Source: Gemmatimonadota bacterium (GTDB lineage Bacteria; JBHIER01; G020348925). From it: a stretch of DNA of 64,000 nucleotides. A program made the position numbers and the translations under genes. The stretch spans positions 3,983,688 through 4,047,687 of the forward strand of contig CP070758.1 in the NCBI GenBank assembly GCA_020348925.1. Direction: 5' to 3'. Shown here piece by piece: positions 1-10,056 of the stretch. Position 1 is the stretch's first letter, and every line of letters begins with the position of its first letter. The notes beneath the pieces were generated by a model. That model searched no databases. It saw nothing but the letters and a program-made list of their open reading frames with translations, and was not told the origin of the DNA.

Positions 1-409
1 TCTCCTTGGGCAGTATCTGTTCGAGGAGATCCCTCAGGACCTGTTCACCGATATTGCCTCTCAGTTTTGGTGAACGGAGGAAGTCTTGAAAATCTTTCAT
101 GGTCCGCCCGATCTCCTGGACGTGCCCCAGCTCTTTGTTTACTGCGCTGATGACTTTGGCGGCATTGTCCAAGCGTTCGCCGATAACTTTGTGTGTCCGG
201 TCCAACTGTTCCGTAAATGTAGCCCGATTCTTGTCCAGACTGCCCCGCATATCTTTCAGCCACTCGGTGATCACCTGAAACGTCTGATCCTTCCCCTGCC
301 GCTCCTGGAATTCCTGCCAGCGCCGTTCCTGCCGTCTCATGAAGACCCACAGTCCTGCGAGGAATACAAGAACCAACACACCCAACACCACAATGATAAT
401 GACATCCAT
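1..409 (-). CDS. rmuC: DNA recombination protein RmuC family, N-terminal part (runs off the window)
   Basis: Manual translation, absent from the ORF track: MDVIIIVVLGVLVLVFLAGLWVF (TM helix), a coiled-coil-like region, then LRSPKLRGNIGEQVLRDLLEQILP, which matches the RmuC PKxRGxxGE motif. Confidence 0.85.
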   Translation of the reverse strand, partial: MDVIIIVVLGVLVLVFLAGLWVFMRRQERRWQEFQERQGKDQTFQVITEWLKDMRGSLDKNRATFTEQLDRTHKVIGERLDNAAKVISAVNKELGHVQEIGRTMKDFQDFLRSPKLRGNIGEQVLRDLLEQILPKE

Positions 410-554
410 CGATGCTGACTCCAACTCAACTATGCCCTAATATCTTATTCACCGCATTCCGTATCGCAATCATAACTCATACAATAATAACGTCTCTGAC
501 CTTGAAGAGCAACAGATTTCACTCACCTTCAAAACTGGGAGCGACGGAGGAACA

Positions 555-3500
555 TCAACTGCTGGCCGTGGCCGGGCAAATGTTGGAATAGGCACAGTAC
601 CTACAGTTGTTAAAGTCCGGTTTCGCCGTATAGTCTCTGGCCCGGATACCTTGGGCCGCTTGACAGATCTTCTCAATGGTTCGCTCCAACCTTTTTTCTG
701 ATGGTTGAGCCCTCCCGACCAATCCAGAGTCCAAAAAGTGGAGTTCAACCAGATCAGGCACCCTGTCATGATTTTCCTGATAGGCTATGGCGTAGATGGC
801 CAGTTGGAGGCTTTTCCTGGCCTTTTCGTCGGCCTTCTCCTGTTCCCTTACCTCGGATGATTTAAAATCGATAATAATTACCTGGTCCTCCCGAACATCG
901 ACCCGATCCCAACGGCCGACGACCCTGTTGCTCCCCAGGTGAAAGCTGAACTCCTCCTCGACATATGTTGGAATAACACCAGATCGCTCCTGCTCCTCGA
1001 AGAAATTGATCAAGGCCCGGCGCCCCGCTGCCAGTCTGCGCTCCTCATGCTCCCGCGTCAGAAAGCCCTCGCTCATCCAAGACCGCTCGAAAACGGTGAT
1101 CACCTCCTCAGCAGTGACCGGTCTACCGTTCAACTTCCGGCGGTGATACTCTTTGATCGCTTCATGGATAGCCCGGCCATAGACGACAGAGTGGTGGGGC
1201 AGAATGGGGACTCTGAGGATGTGGATGTACTTGTACTTCAGAGGACAGGTGATATAGTCGTCGATTTGAAAATGGCTCAGATTGAGGACCTGGTCATCAG
1301 GGATGGCGCCAGCCTCATCGGGAGAGCTCTCTTGAGGAGGAGCGTGTCGCTGGATCGCCTCCAGGGCGGAGGTGCGGAGGTACTCCTCGTCTGCACGCGG
1401 TTTGTCCATGGCCTCCATGACGAATTGGCTCACCTTCCGCTGACGGACGCTCCCGTAGTCCCGTCCGCTTGTGAGGTACAGCTCCTTCTGGGCCCGCGTC
1501 ATGCCGACATAGAAGAGCCGGCGCTCCTCCTGAAGGTGCACATCACCCTCGGGTAGAAGTTCTTTGATCAAGGGATCCGGCAATGCGATGGGTTCACTCC
1601 GCCTGCGAACAGGAAACCGATCATGGACCAAACTGACTAAAAAGACCACCGGAAACTCCAACCCCTTGGCTTTATGAACTGTGAGCACGTGGACCGCATC
1701 GGTGTCTGGATCGGATTCGGCAGTGGCCGGATCATCGCCTGCTTCGATAAGGAGATCGAGATGGCTGACGAATTGGAGCACACGGTCTTCCGCAGTTAAG
1801 TTGGAAAAATTGCCCACGACATCGAAGAACCTGGCGATATTCCGAATCTTCTGCTCGGCAATCACGGTCCCGGCGTGAGTCAACCGTTTCAAATAGCCAC
1901 TCTCTGTCAGAAATTGGTACAATACGACGCCGGTTTGGTGGTCCCGGGAGCGGTCGACAAATTTTTTTATGTCGGAGAGGATCTTCCCTATCGTTGCCCT
2001 ACTCTCCGCCGACAATACGTCCAATTCGGAAACTTCGTCCACGTGTTCGAAGACGTGATGCAACGTCCTATTTCGACGCTTCGCCACGGTCATGCACCGG
2101 ATCAGATCGGTCATATCCATCTGATACATCTCCGAGCCGGCAAGATGATAGAGGCTGACCGAGTCGCTGAAATTGGAGATGGCTCGCAGAAAGGAGATAA
2201 GGAAACGCACCTCTTCACGACTGTAGAGCCCCCGACTTCCGGAAAACGTGAAGGGAATGGACCTCATATTCAACGCCCGAAGGAAAGGATCGGCGTGGTT
2301 GTTGGCCCGGACCAAAATGGCAAAATCCTTAAAGGCATATTGGCCCGTTGCCACCTTCTCCTCAATCAGTTTCGCCACTGCATCCGATTCGCTGGCCAGG
2401 GTGTCGTAATGGAGATGGCAGACGGGCTGCCCTTCAGGATCGCTGGCGGAGAGTCGCTTGTCAATAGTGTTGCGCACTTCGAGGCGGTCAGGATTGTTGT
2501 GGGTAATGAGACGGTAGGCCGTATCCAATATGGCCTGGGAGGAACGATAATTCTTTGTCAAGACAATCTGTTTCGCACGATGATACGTGTCCATGAAATT
2601 GAGGATGTTTGAGATGGCTGCACCTCTGAACTTGTAAATGGACTGGTCATCGTCGCCTACAACGGTGACATTCTCATGTTCTTCGGCCAAAAGCCGAATC
2701 AATTGAAACTGGGCGTAATTCGTGTCCTGAAACTCATCGATGAGAATGTATGCGAACCGCCCTCGATACGCTTTCAGAATCAGAGGGTGTTCACGAAAGA
2801 GCTTGAGGGTCAGGGCCACCAAGTCGCCAAAATCGACCTTCCCCTCCCTGGCGAGGAGATCCTGGTACCTTTGGAACGTCCCGGCTATCTCCTTTTGCTG
2901 GAAAGCCTTTTCCTCCAACTCTGGCTCACCAGGCTGGGCCCGAGCCTCTTTTTCAAGCTTTCGGGCAAACTCAAGATACTCCTCGGTAGTAACGTCTTCA
3001 TCTTTCGCCCGACTGATCACCTTCGTCAAGGCACTGATATGTTTCGTCGGATTGCCCAAAGGGCGGTAATAGTCCAGGGGAAACTCAAAGAGGTGTTCAC
3101 GAAAAAAGATGGCCTGCTCCGCTTCGGAGAGTGTCATGAAATCAGATGTCAGCCCGAGTTCAAGAGCATGCTCTCGCAACACGCGTTCTCCGAAAGCATG
3201 AAAGGTGCTGATCCAAACGTTCGCAAACCCATACGGCAGCATGATGTCCACCCGCTCCTCCATCTTCGCCGCCGCCTTCTCCGTAAAAGTGAGCGCCAGG
3301 ATCTGTTCGGGCTTGGCCCGTTTTGATGCGATAAGATACGCGATACGGTGGGCGATCACCTTCGTCTTCCCGGTCCCGGCCCCTGCCACGATCAGCACAG
3401 GTCCATCGCCGTACGTGACGGCAGTGGCCTGTTGTGGATTTAAATCCTTCAAGATGTTTTCGGTCGTTACGTCCGACCGAACGTCTTCACTTTTCTTCAT
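555..3500 (-). CDS. UvrD/PcrA-family SF1 helicase fused to a C-terminal PD-(D/E)XK nuclease with a 4-Cys Fe-S motif (AdnA/AdnB/AddB-like)
   Basis: AGAGTGKT, DEFQDTN, VGDDDQSIY, NYRS, TVHKAKGLEF, EERRLFYVGMTRA; C-terminal TCPLKY, GRWDRVD, IIDFKS, QLAIY, CRYCAYSNIC. Confidence 0.93.
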   Translation of the reverse strand: MKKSEDVRSDVTTENILKDLNPQQATAVTYGDGPVLIVAGAGTGKTKVIAHRIAYLIASKRAKPEQILALTFTEKAAAKMEERVDIMLPYGFANVWISTFHAFGERVLREHALELGLTSDFMTLSEAEQAIFFREHLFEFPLDYYRPLGNPTKHISALTKVISRAKDEDVTTEEYLEFARKLEKEARAQPGEPELEEKAFQQKEIAGTFQRYQDLLAREGKVDFGDLVALTLKLFREHPLILKAYRGRFAYILIDEFQDTNYAQFQLIRLLAEEHENVTVVGDDDQSIYKFRGAAISNILNFMDTYHRAKQIVLTKNYRSSQAILDTAYRLITHNNPDRLEVRNTIDKRLSASDPEGQPVCHLHYDTLASESDAVAKLIEEKVATGQYAFKDFAILVRANNHADPFLRALNMRSIPFTFSGSRGLYSREEVRFLISFLRAISNFSDSVSLYHLAGSEMYQMDMTDLIRCMTVAKRRNRTLHHVFEHVDEVSELDVLSAESRATIGKILSDIKKFVDRSRDHQTGVVLYQFLTESGYLKRLTHAGTVIAEQKIRNIARFFDVVGNFSNLTAEDRVLQFVSHLDLLIEAGDDPATAESDPDTDAVHVLTVHKAKGLEFPVVFLVSLVHDRFPVRRRSEPIALPDPLIKELLPEGDVHLQEERRLFYVGMTRAQKELYLTSGRDYGSVRQRKVSQFVMEAMDKPRADEEYLRTSALEAIQRHAPPQESSPDEAGAIPDDQVLNLSHFQIDDYITCPLKYKYIHILRVPILPHHSVVYGRAIHEAIKEYHRRKLNGRPVTAEEVITVFERSWMSEGFLTREHEERRLAAGRRALINFFEEQERSGVIPTYVEEEFSFHLGSNRVVGRWDRVDVREDQVIIIDFKSSEVREQEKADEKARKSLQLAIYAIAYQENHDRVPDLVELHFLDSGLVGRAQPSEKRLERTIEKICQAAQGIRARDYTAKPDFNNCRYCAYSNICPATASS

Positions 3501-4506
3501 TACGAGTATTCCGTCTCACCCTCCACTTCGCCCGAGTATGCTCCTCCAGCGATCGACTGAAAATATGACGTCCATTGCCCTCGGAGACAAAGTAAAGGTA
3601 ATCGACGTCGGCCGGGTAGAGAGCGGCCTCGATCGACGCCTTGCCAGGATTACATATCGGCCCCGGCGGCAGACCGGCGTACACATACGTATTATAGGGG
3701 GACTGAACCTGCAAATCTTCCTCGGTCAGGCGTGGCTTATGAATACCCAGAGCGTACTCAACTGTGGCACAGGATTCCAAGGCACGTCCGAGTTTGAGCC
3801 TGTTGTGAAAAACGGCCGAGATAATGGGCCTCTCCTCCGGAACCATGACCTCCCTCTCGATAATAGAAGCCAGTGTCAGAACCTCCCGAACCGAGAGCCC
3901 CAGCTCCTCAGCTCGTACCTCATACTCCGAAGAAAAAACCCTCTTGAAGGCTTCGACCATCCCGGCGATAATCTCTCTGGGATCCATCTCCCAATAAACC
4001 ATATACGTGCTTGGGAAGAGATACCCCTCTAAGTTGTGGGTTCGCAGTTCCAGAGTACGGATAAAACCTGTGTCGGCTATTACATGAAGAAACGTTTGAG
4101 AATCGATCGCAGCGGCAACCTTGAATCGGTGAGCCACTTCCTCAGCCGTCAATCCTTCCGGCAGGGTTACCTTTTCGTAGGCAACCTCCCCCTGGACCAA
4201 ACGGTTCAAAACCGATATGATCGAATTTCGCTCAGGAAAAGTATACCGACCGGCTTGAAGGTTTTCCTCCTTCCCGAAGAACTTTACCGCCAAGAGAAAT
4301 TGAAGTTTCCCGGATATAATACCTTCTTTTTCGAGCAAGGAACCTATGCTGCGCACATCCATTCCCTTGGAAACAACGACCGTCCGCATGCCTGCACCAT
4401 CAATCGAGTTTGACTGGGGGACGAAAAAGGTGAACACAAACAGGAGAAACAGGGGGAAGAGTGTGAGTGAAACAGCTTCAAAAAGGTGGACTCGAATGTG
4501 ATTCAT
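3487..4506 (-). CDS. mltG: Endolytic murein transglycosylase MltG
   Basis: N-terminal TM, LEGYLFPSTY, LASIIERE, SPYNTYVYAGLPPGPICNPG, YLYFV. Confidence 0.95.
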   Translation of the reverse strand: MNHIRVHLFEAVSLTLFPLFLLFVFTFFVPQSNSIDGAGMRTVVVSKGMDVRSIGSLLEKEGIISGKLQFLLAVKFFGKEENLQAGRYTFPERNSIISVLNRLVQGEVAYEKVTLPEGLTAEEVAHRFKVAAAIDSQTFLHVIADTGFIRTLELRTHNLEGYLFPSTYMVYWEMDPREIIAGMVEAFKRVFSSEYEVRAEELGLSVREVLTLASIIEREVMVPEERPIISAVFHNRLKLGRALESCATVEYALGIHKPRLTEEDLQVQSPYNTYVYAGLPPGPICNPGKASIEAALYPADVDYLYFVSEGNGRHIFSRSLEEHTRAKWRVRRNTRNEEK

Positions 4507-4535
4507 AGAAAAGGAGGGATAGAAAAATCATCCAG

Positions 4536-5129
4536 TTATTCGTTATCTTTCCGGACACGATCCAAATAATTCTGCAAAATCAGTGCGGCGGCGATGCGAT
4601 CAACTTTACCCTTGGCTCTCTTCGCTTTTTTGCCCATTTCGTGCATGGTGCGATGGGCGGCGGTGGTGCTCAGTCGCTCATCCCAGGGGACCACTGGCAG
4701 CCGAAAGTGAGTCCGTACATTTTCGATGAAATCCTGGACCGTCTTGGCTTTCTCGCCACACGTTCCGTCCAATGAGAGCGGCAGTCCCACGACGATCTCG
4801 GCCACCTCATACGCCTCAATCACAGCAGCCAATCGCACAAACAGCTCTTCCTCATGTGCGTACTCTATGGTCTCCAGTCCCTGAGCGGTGATACCGAGGG
4901 GATCGCTCACGGCCAAACCCACTCTTCGACTCCCAAAATCTATGCCCAGGATCCGGCTCATGAGCCTGGGCTCATTTTCGGTCAGCTCACTTCGAATATG
5001 ATCTTTCGCGCGCGCGCTCTCTTTCGATCGACGATAGAGTTTCTCGCTCTCCACGACACGTGTTGCCGGGTTGACCTCCCACACCCGGCGCCTCTTTGAT
5101 TTCTGAACCCGGAGCGTTCGCTTGGCCAT
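4536..5129 (-). CDS. ruvX: Holliday junction resolvase RuvX / pre-16S rRNA nuclease YqgF. The core starts at ATG 4961; an in-frame basic extension starts at ATG 5129
   Basis: RILGIDFGSRRVGLAVSD, IVVGLP, WDERLST, VDRIAAALILQNYL. Confidence 0.9.
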   Translation of the reverse strand: MAKRTLRVQKSKRRRVWEVNPATRVVESEKLYRRSKESARAKDHIRSELTENEPRLMSRILGIDFGSRRVGLAVSDPLGITAQGLETIEYAHEEELFVRLAAVIEAYEVAEIVVGLPLSLDGTCGEKAKTVQDFIENVRTHFRLPVVPWDERLSTTAAHRTMHEMGKKAKRAKGKVDRIAAALILQNYLDRVRKDNE

Positions 5130-5131
5130 CG

Positions 5132-6958
5132 TCACTCCACGGTCACGCTTTTCGCCAGGTTCCTGGGCTGGTCGACATCACATTCCCTTAATACTGCCAT
5201 GTGGTATGCAAGGAGCTGAAGAGGAATGACGGAGAGAATCGGTGTTAAAAGCTCCAATGTTCTTGGGATGTATATGGCATTGTCAACGTACTTCTCCATC
5301 TTCTCGTCACCCTCGTTGGCTATAACGATAACCGAGCCCTTCCTCGCCTTCACCTCGGCAATGTTACTCATCACTTTTTCTCGGACACTGTCAAGGGTTG
5401 CAACGAAAACGACGGGCATATTTTCATCGATGAGAGCGATGGGGCCGTGCTTCATCTCAGCGGCAGGATATCCTTCGGCATGGATGTATGAGATCTCTTT
5501 CAATTTCAGGGCACCCTCCAGTGCAACAGGAAAATTGTACCCTCTCCCAAGATACAGGAAATTGTTCTGGCGAAAGAAACACTGGGCAATCTTCTGAATG
5601 TGTTCTCCCTGATCAAGAATGCACTGAACCTGATCAGGGATGGCTGTGAGGGCACGAATGATTTCCGTTCCTTGATCCCGGGACATACCTCGCATTCGAC
5701 CCAGAAGGATGGTAAAAAGAGCGAGAGCCGTCACTTGTGACGTAAAAGCCTTCGTCGATGCGACACCGATCTCGGGACCGGCATGAATGTAAATCCCGCC
5801 GTCGCACTCCCTGGCAATTGTGCTTCCAACCACATTGATAATTCCCAGAGCTTTTGCCCCATGCCGCTGTGCCTCCCTCATGGCCGCCAACGTATCTGCG
5901 GTTTCGCCCGATTGGCTTATGGCCACCACAAGCGTACCATTTTCAACAATCGGATTCCGATAGCGAAACTCAGAGGCATATTCGACTTCAACCGGAATAC
6001 GGGCATATTCTTCGATCATGTACTCGCCAATGAGAGCCGCATGCCATGAGGTTCCGCAAGCGGTGATAACAATATTCCGCACGCGTCGCAGATCTTCCTT
6101 GAAAGGAAGCAGTCCCCCAAAACGAACAGTTCCCTCCTCCTGATCCAACCGTCCCCGCAATGTGTTTCGTACCGTCTCGGGTTGTTCGTATATTTCCTTG
6201 AGCATAAAGTGGGGAAATCCTCCCTTCTCGATGGTATCGATATCCCACAGAATTTCCTCAATTTCAGGAGTAACCGGCTCCTTATCGATCGTCATGGTTT
6301 GAAACGTATCTCTCTCAATCACTGAGATCTCTCTATCCTTGAGGTAGATCACCTGTCGGGTGTGATCCACAATGGCGGATACATCCGAAGCAACGATATA
6401 CTCTCCATCTCCGATACCGATAACCAGAGGACTTCCATTTCGAGCAACGACCACCTTGGACGGATCATCCGAGCAAATGACGGCCAACCCGTATGCTCCC
6501 ACAACACCCTTCAACGCTTTTCTCACCGCGCGGGTCAAGTCCCCTTCAAAATAGTGCTCGATCAAATGGGCCAACACCTCGGTATCCGTATCCGTTCGAA
6601 ACGTGTGTCCGCGATTGATGAGGGTCTCGCGGAGTTCAGCGTAGTTTTCAATGATACCGTTATGAATGACCGCGATCTTCGAGGCACAATCAAGATGCGG
6701 ATGGGCGTTGATTGAAGAGGGCACTCCATGAGTGGCCCAGCGTGTGTGGGCGATCCCAACGTTGCTTGCCATGGGGTTTTCTTTGACCATTTCCTCCAAA
6801 GCGGCAATCTTCCCTTTGGTTTTTTGACACTGCACCCGCTGTCCATCCACGACAGCGATACCGGCAGAATCATACCCTCTGTATTCAAGGCGCTTGAGCC
6901 CCTCAATCAGAATAGGCACAGCATTTCGCGGTCCAATATATCCAATAATGCCACACAT
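5132..6958 (-). CDS. glmS: Glutamine--fructose-6-phosphate aminotransferase
   Basis: MCGIIG start (catalytic Cys1), LEYRGYDSAG, HTRWATHG, SQSGETADT, C-terminal DQPRNLAKSVTVE. Confidence 0.98.
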   Translation of the reverse strand: MCGIIGYIGPRNAVPILIEGLKRLEYRGYDSAGIAVVDGQRVQCQKTKGKIAALEEMVKENPMASNVGIAHTRWATHGVPSSINAHPHLDCASKIAVIHNGIIENYAELRETLINRGHTFRTDTDTEVLAHLIEHYFEGDLTRAVRKALKGVVGAYGLAVICSDDPSKVVVARNGSPLVIGIGDGEYIVASDVSAIVDHTRQVIYLKDREISVIERDTFQTMTIDKEPVTPEIEEILWDIDTIEKGGFPHFMLKEIYEQPETVRNTLRGRLDQEEGTVRFGGLLPFKEDLRRVRNIVITACGTSWHAALIGEYMIEEYARIPVEVEYASEFRYRNPIVENGTLVVAISQSGETADTLAAMREAQRHGAKALGIINVVGSTIARECDGGIYIHAGPEIGVASTKAFTSQVTALALFTILLGRMRGMSRDQGTEIIRALTAIPDQVQCILDQGEHIQKIAQCFFRQNNFLYLGRGYNFPVALEGALKLKEISYIHAEGYPAAEMKHGPIALIDENMPVVFVATLDSVREKVMSNIAEVKARKGSVIVIANEGDEKMEKYVDNAIYIPRTLELLTPILSVIPLQLLAYHMAVLRECDVDQPRNLAKSVTVE

Positions 6959-6966
6959 CGTTATCC

Positions 6967-8355
6967 TCACATAGTCGTACGCAACGTTTGACTCTCTTTG
7001 AGACTCTCAATTGTCCGAATCGTTCCATCACACAGTTCCTCGGCCTCTTTGTGCGTCGGAGCTTCTGCAATCACTCTCAGAACCGGTTCCGTATTCGAAC
7101 TTCGAACGTGCACCCAACGATCCGACCAATTCACTTTCACCCCGTCGCTGACATCAGGAGACTGTTTCGCATATACATCGGCGAGCATCTCCATCACGGC
7201 AGCAGGTTCTTCACCCCTGAGCTCGTATTTACGCTTGACAATATGATATCTGGGCATGGTCTCCACCACTTCTGAGAGAGCCGCTCTCCATTCCCCTAAG
7301 GCTTGAAGAATAAGGGCTATACCGACCAAAGCGTCTCGCCCGTAATGGGCTTCCGGAAGGATCACCCCACCGTTACCCTCTCCCCCGAATATGCTGTCCA
7401 CCTCTCGCATTCGCAGTGCGACATGAATCTCCCCGACCGCTGTCCGTATGACCGGGACATCCGCTTCGGCGGCGATGTCGTCGATCATCTTCGAGGTTGA
7501 AAGGTTGACGACCACAGGACCCTTCCTCTTCGACACCATATATTTGGCGGCAATGGCCAAGGTATATTCTTCACCCAGAGCCTCCCCCTGATTCGATACA
7601 ATGCTCAGACGATCCCCATCGGGATCGAGTGCAAAACCGACGTCCGCATTCTTATTCTTGACGGCCGAACAGAGATCATCCAGATGAGCGGGGACAGGTT
7701 CGGGATTGTGAGGAAAGACACCTGTCGGTTGACAATGAAGCGCAATTACCTCACACCCCAGCGCACTCAGAAGTTGAGGTCCGACTGTACTCGCTGCCCC
7801 GTTACAGCAATCGATTACCACAGAAAATTTCCGTCGCCGTACCGCTTCGACATTCAATAACTCCAACCGAAGGATTCTATCGATATGTCCTTTCAGAGCG
7901 TCTCGCCGGTGCACAATATCCCCCGACGCATCCCAATTCGCATAATGAATTGTATTGTGCTTGTAGACATGTAAAAGTTCCGCCCCCTGATCGGTATCGA
8001 GAAACAGACCATTCCCACGGATGAATTTCAACCCATTCCATTCTGCGGGATTATGACTGGCCGTAATGACCACCCCGCCGTCGTATTCCTCGGCCATCAG
8101 CTGCACCGTTGGGGTTGGACATATGCCCAGATCAACGACGCCACACCCTGTCGAGAGAAGCCCGGAAACAACAGCATGCTTCATCCATTCACCAGATTCC
8201 CTCGAATCCCGTCCTATCACTACGTGCCCTCGCTCCATGAATGTACCGAAAGCAGCGGCAAATCTCGCGACAATATCGGGTGAAATGCTCCTGCCGACAA
8301 TTCCACGAACGCCGGAGACGCTGATCATGAAATCATTCATCATCATATTTGACAT
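6967..8355 (-). CDS. glmM: Phosphoglucosamine mutase (phosphohexomutase family)
   Basis: ISVSGVRG, ITASHNP, DPDGDR, GGEGNGG; directly upstream of glmS; GAGG precedes ATG 8355. Confidence 0.9.
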   Translation of the reverse strand: MSNMMMNDFMISVSGVRGIVGRSISPDIVARFAAAFGTFMERGHVVIGRDSRESGEWMKHAVVSGLLSTGCGVVDLGICPTPTVQLMAEEYDGGVVITASHNPAEWNGLKFIRGNGLFLDTDQGAELLHVYKHNTIHYANWDASGDIVHRRDALKGHIDRILRLELLNVEAVRRRKFSVVIDCCNGAASTVGPQLLSALGCEVIALHCQPTGVFPHNPEPVPAHLDDLCSAVKNKNADVGFALDPDGDRLSIVSNQGEALGEEYTLAIAAKYMVSKRKGPVVVNLSTSKMIDDIAAEADVPVIRTAVGEIHVALRMREVDSIFGGEGNGGVILPEAHYGRDALVGIALILQALGEWRAALSEVVETMPRYHIVKRKYELRGEEPAAVMEMLADVYAKQSPDVSDGVKVNWSDRWVHVRSSNTEPVLRVIAEAPTHKEAEELCDGTIRTIESLKESQTLRTTM

Positions 8356-8572
8356 CACAACCTCAAAATCTTCTCTCAAAGAAGTTATACGTCTGACGAA
8401 TCTTTGTCAAGCTCTCTTTTATCCTGTGAGGACTAAGCACAAACGCACGAACGTACAGAAAAAACAATAATTTTAAATGATTTATCCACTGAGATATAAC
8501 TCGTATGCCCCGACGGTGAAGATGTGAGGCCATCGATGTTTTTCTCAAAAAAATTTCAAATTCCAGTTCTCA

Positions 8573-8968
8573 TTAAGATACAAGAGATTTTCGACGATGC
8601 AGCGCAATCCATAGGATAATCGCAGTAAGGACCCCCAAGGCGTCTGCCGCGGCATCATACGGATCTGCTGCTCTGCCGGGTATGATTGATTGATACATCT
8701 CGTCAAAGAATCCATAAAGCGTCCCGATGATAAAAGCCAGTGCAATCCTTCTCGGAGACAGACTTGTTTTCGTCGCTGCAATGGCGGACACAAGCAGATA
8801 TCCGAATATACCGAACTCAATGCAATGAAATATCTTATCAATAATCCTGAAGGTGGGTGCAGGAGTTGATAGATGCGGAACAGAGGAGATACCGAAAATG
8901 AGAAGCGCCCAGAGTACGACGGGCCAGTACCTCGAGACGAACCCTTTTCTTGCGGTCTGCGGACTCAT
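8573..8968 (-). CDS. VanZ-family membrane protein
   Basis: IF.ISS.P, DKIFHCIEFGIFG, YGFFDEMYQSIIPGR...D...D. Confidence 0.88.
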   Translation of the reverse strand: MSPQTARKGFVSRYWPVVLWALLIFGISSVPHLSTPAPTFRIIDKIFHCIEFGIFGYLLVSAIAATKTSLSPRRIALAFIIGTLYGFFDEMYQSIIPGRAADPYDAAADALGVLTAIILWIALHRRKSLVS

Positions 8969-9094
8969 AGTTCTTGAAGCCCGCTTAGAGAACACCGATG
9001 TTCAATGGGATTTTGCATTCTTTACACGAAACCATCTTTTTCAGCATTGAAAGGACAACGAGGATGCACCGGTTCTGTCCCGGGAAGGAGAAAA

Positions 9095-9568
9095 TTAGCC
9101 GTTTTCGGTGAACATCACCTCAGCGTCATTCATGATCCGAATGACGTCATCAGCGGACGTGGCATGGAGCAATTTCTGACAGAACTTTTTATGACTGGTC
9201 AATCGTGAGATCCGGCTGAGCGCTTTGATGTGAAGAATAGGATCTTCTTCCGGTCCAACCAAGAGAAAAATCAATCGGACAGATTTTCCATCGAGAGACT
9301 GAAAATCAACATCTTCGGCCGTCTTGCCGAATGCTGCCTGGATGTGTTTCACTCCCTCCGATTTTCCGTGAGGAATGGCCACACCATTTCCCACGCCGGT
9401 GCTCATCAATTTTTCCCGCTTTAAAACGGAGTCCAGGACCTTATCCTTATCGGCAATTTTGCCGGCACCATCCAAAAGATCGACCATCTCTTTGATGAGG
9501 CCTCTTTTACTCTTTTTCTGTAAAGGGATTTTAATACATCCCTCATCTATAATATCAGTCAGGCGCAC
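9095..9568 (-). CDS. PTS EIIA component (nitrogen-regulatory/fructose family)
   Basis: REKLMSTGVGNGVAIPHGK with the phospho-His, DFQSLDGKSVRLIFLL; GGAGG before the GTG start. Confidence 0.9.
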   Translation of the reverse strand: MRLTDIIDEGCIKIPLQKKSKRGLIKEMVDLLDGAGKIADKDKVLDSVLKREKLMSTGVGNGVAIPHGKSEGVKHIQAAFGKTAEDVDFQSLDGKSVRLIFLLVGPEEDPILHIKALSRISRLTSHKKFCQKLLHATSADDVIRIMNDAEVMFTENG

Positions 9569-9828
9569 ATTGAGCCTCCAGCTCCGACATGTACAGAATT
9601 CCCCATGAATTTAATTCTATAAATGAAATATATTTCGAAGGCCAAGTCAAATAGAATTTACCACATTTTTGAAAAAGTGCCGGTGGCGACACAGATGAAA
9701 CGGGACGGTTCAGGAAATATGAGTGACATCATCGATGCCATTCATGTTATTCCGGAGCGAAATTCTCCCGATATTCGACACATTTCAAATGATTTATCAA
9801 AAAAGTGGACACCTCGCGATGAAAAAAC

Positions 9829-9857
9829 TTGACACTGGAACAAATTTGACCTATTTT
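9829..9857 (+). promoter_or_regulatory. Sigma-70-type promoter for the leader and 10057 operon
   Basis: TTGACA-17 nt-TATTTT. Confidence 0.55.
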
Positions 9858-10001
9858 ACGTCAAAATACCAAAGAAAGGAGAATGCCCATACGTACTTGC
9901 TAAAGGTGTGTAATTTGACAGTTCGAGAGTAGTTTGTGAAGCCATTGAGCGGCGACCTTTAGCAAATCGAAGTATTGGCGTTTCCAATACACGGAGAGAT
10001 G

Positions 10002-10037
10002 ACCGGGTCGCCAACAAAGTGGCGCACTCGGTTTTTT
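10002..10037 (+). terminator. Intrinsic terminator/attenuator hairpin about 20 nt upstream of the 10057 start
   Basis: ACCGGGT-CGCCA acaaag TGGCG-c-ACTCGGT followed by a T run. Confidence 0.6.
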
Positions 10038-10056
10038 ACTTTCAAGGATACTGAGT

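Noticed and set aside
939-3326. Long antisense ORFs within the helicase (and similar ones inside other large genes)
   Set aside because: Shadow ORFs from codon bias with no recognisable motifs
8356-8572. glmS ribozyme upstream of glmM-glmS
   Set aside because: No AGCGCC...GACGAGG core seen; glmS starts only 8 nt after the glmM stop
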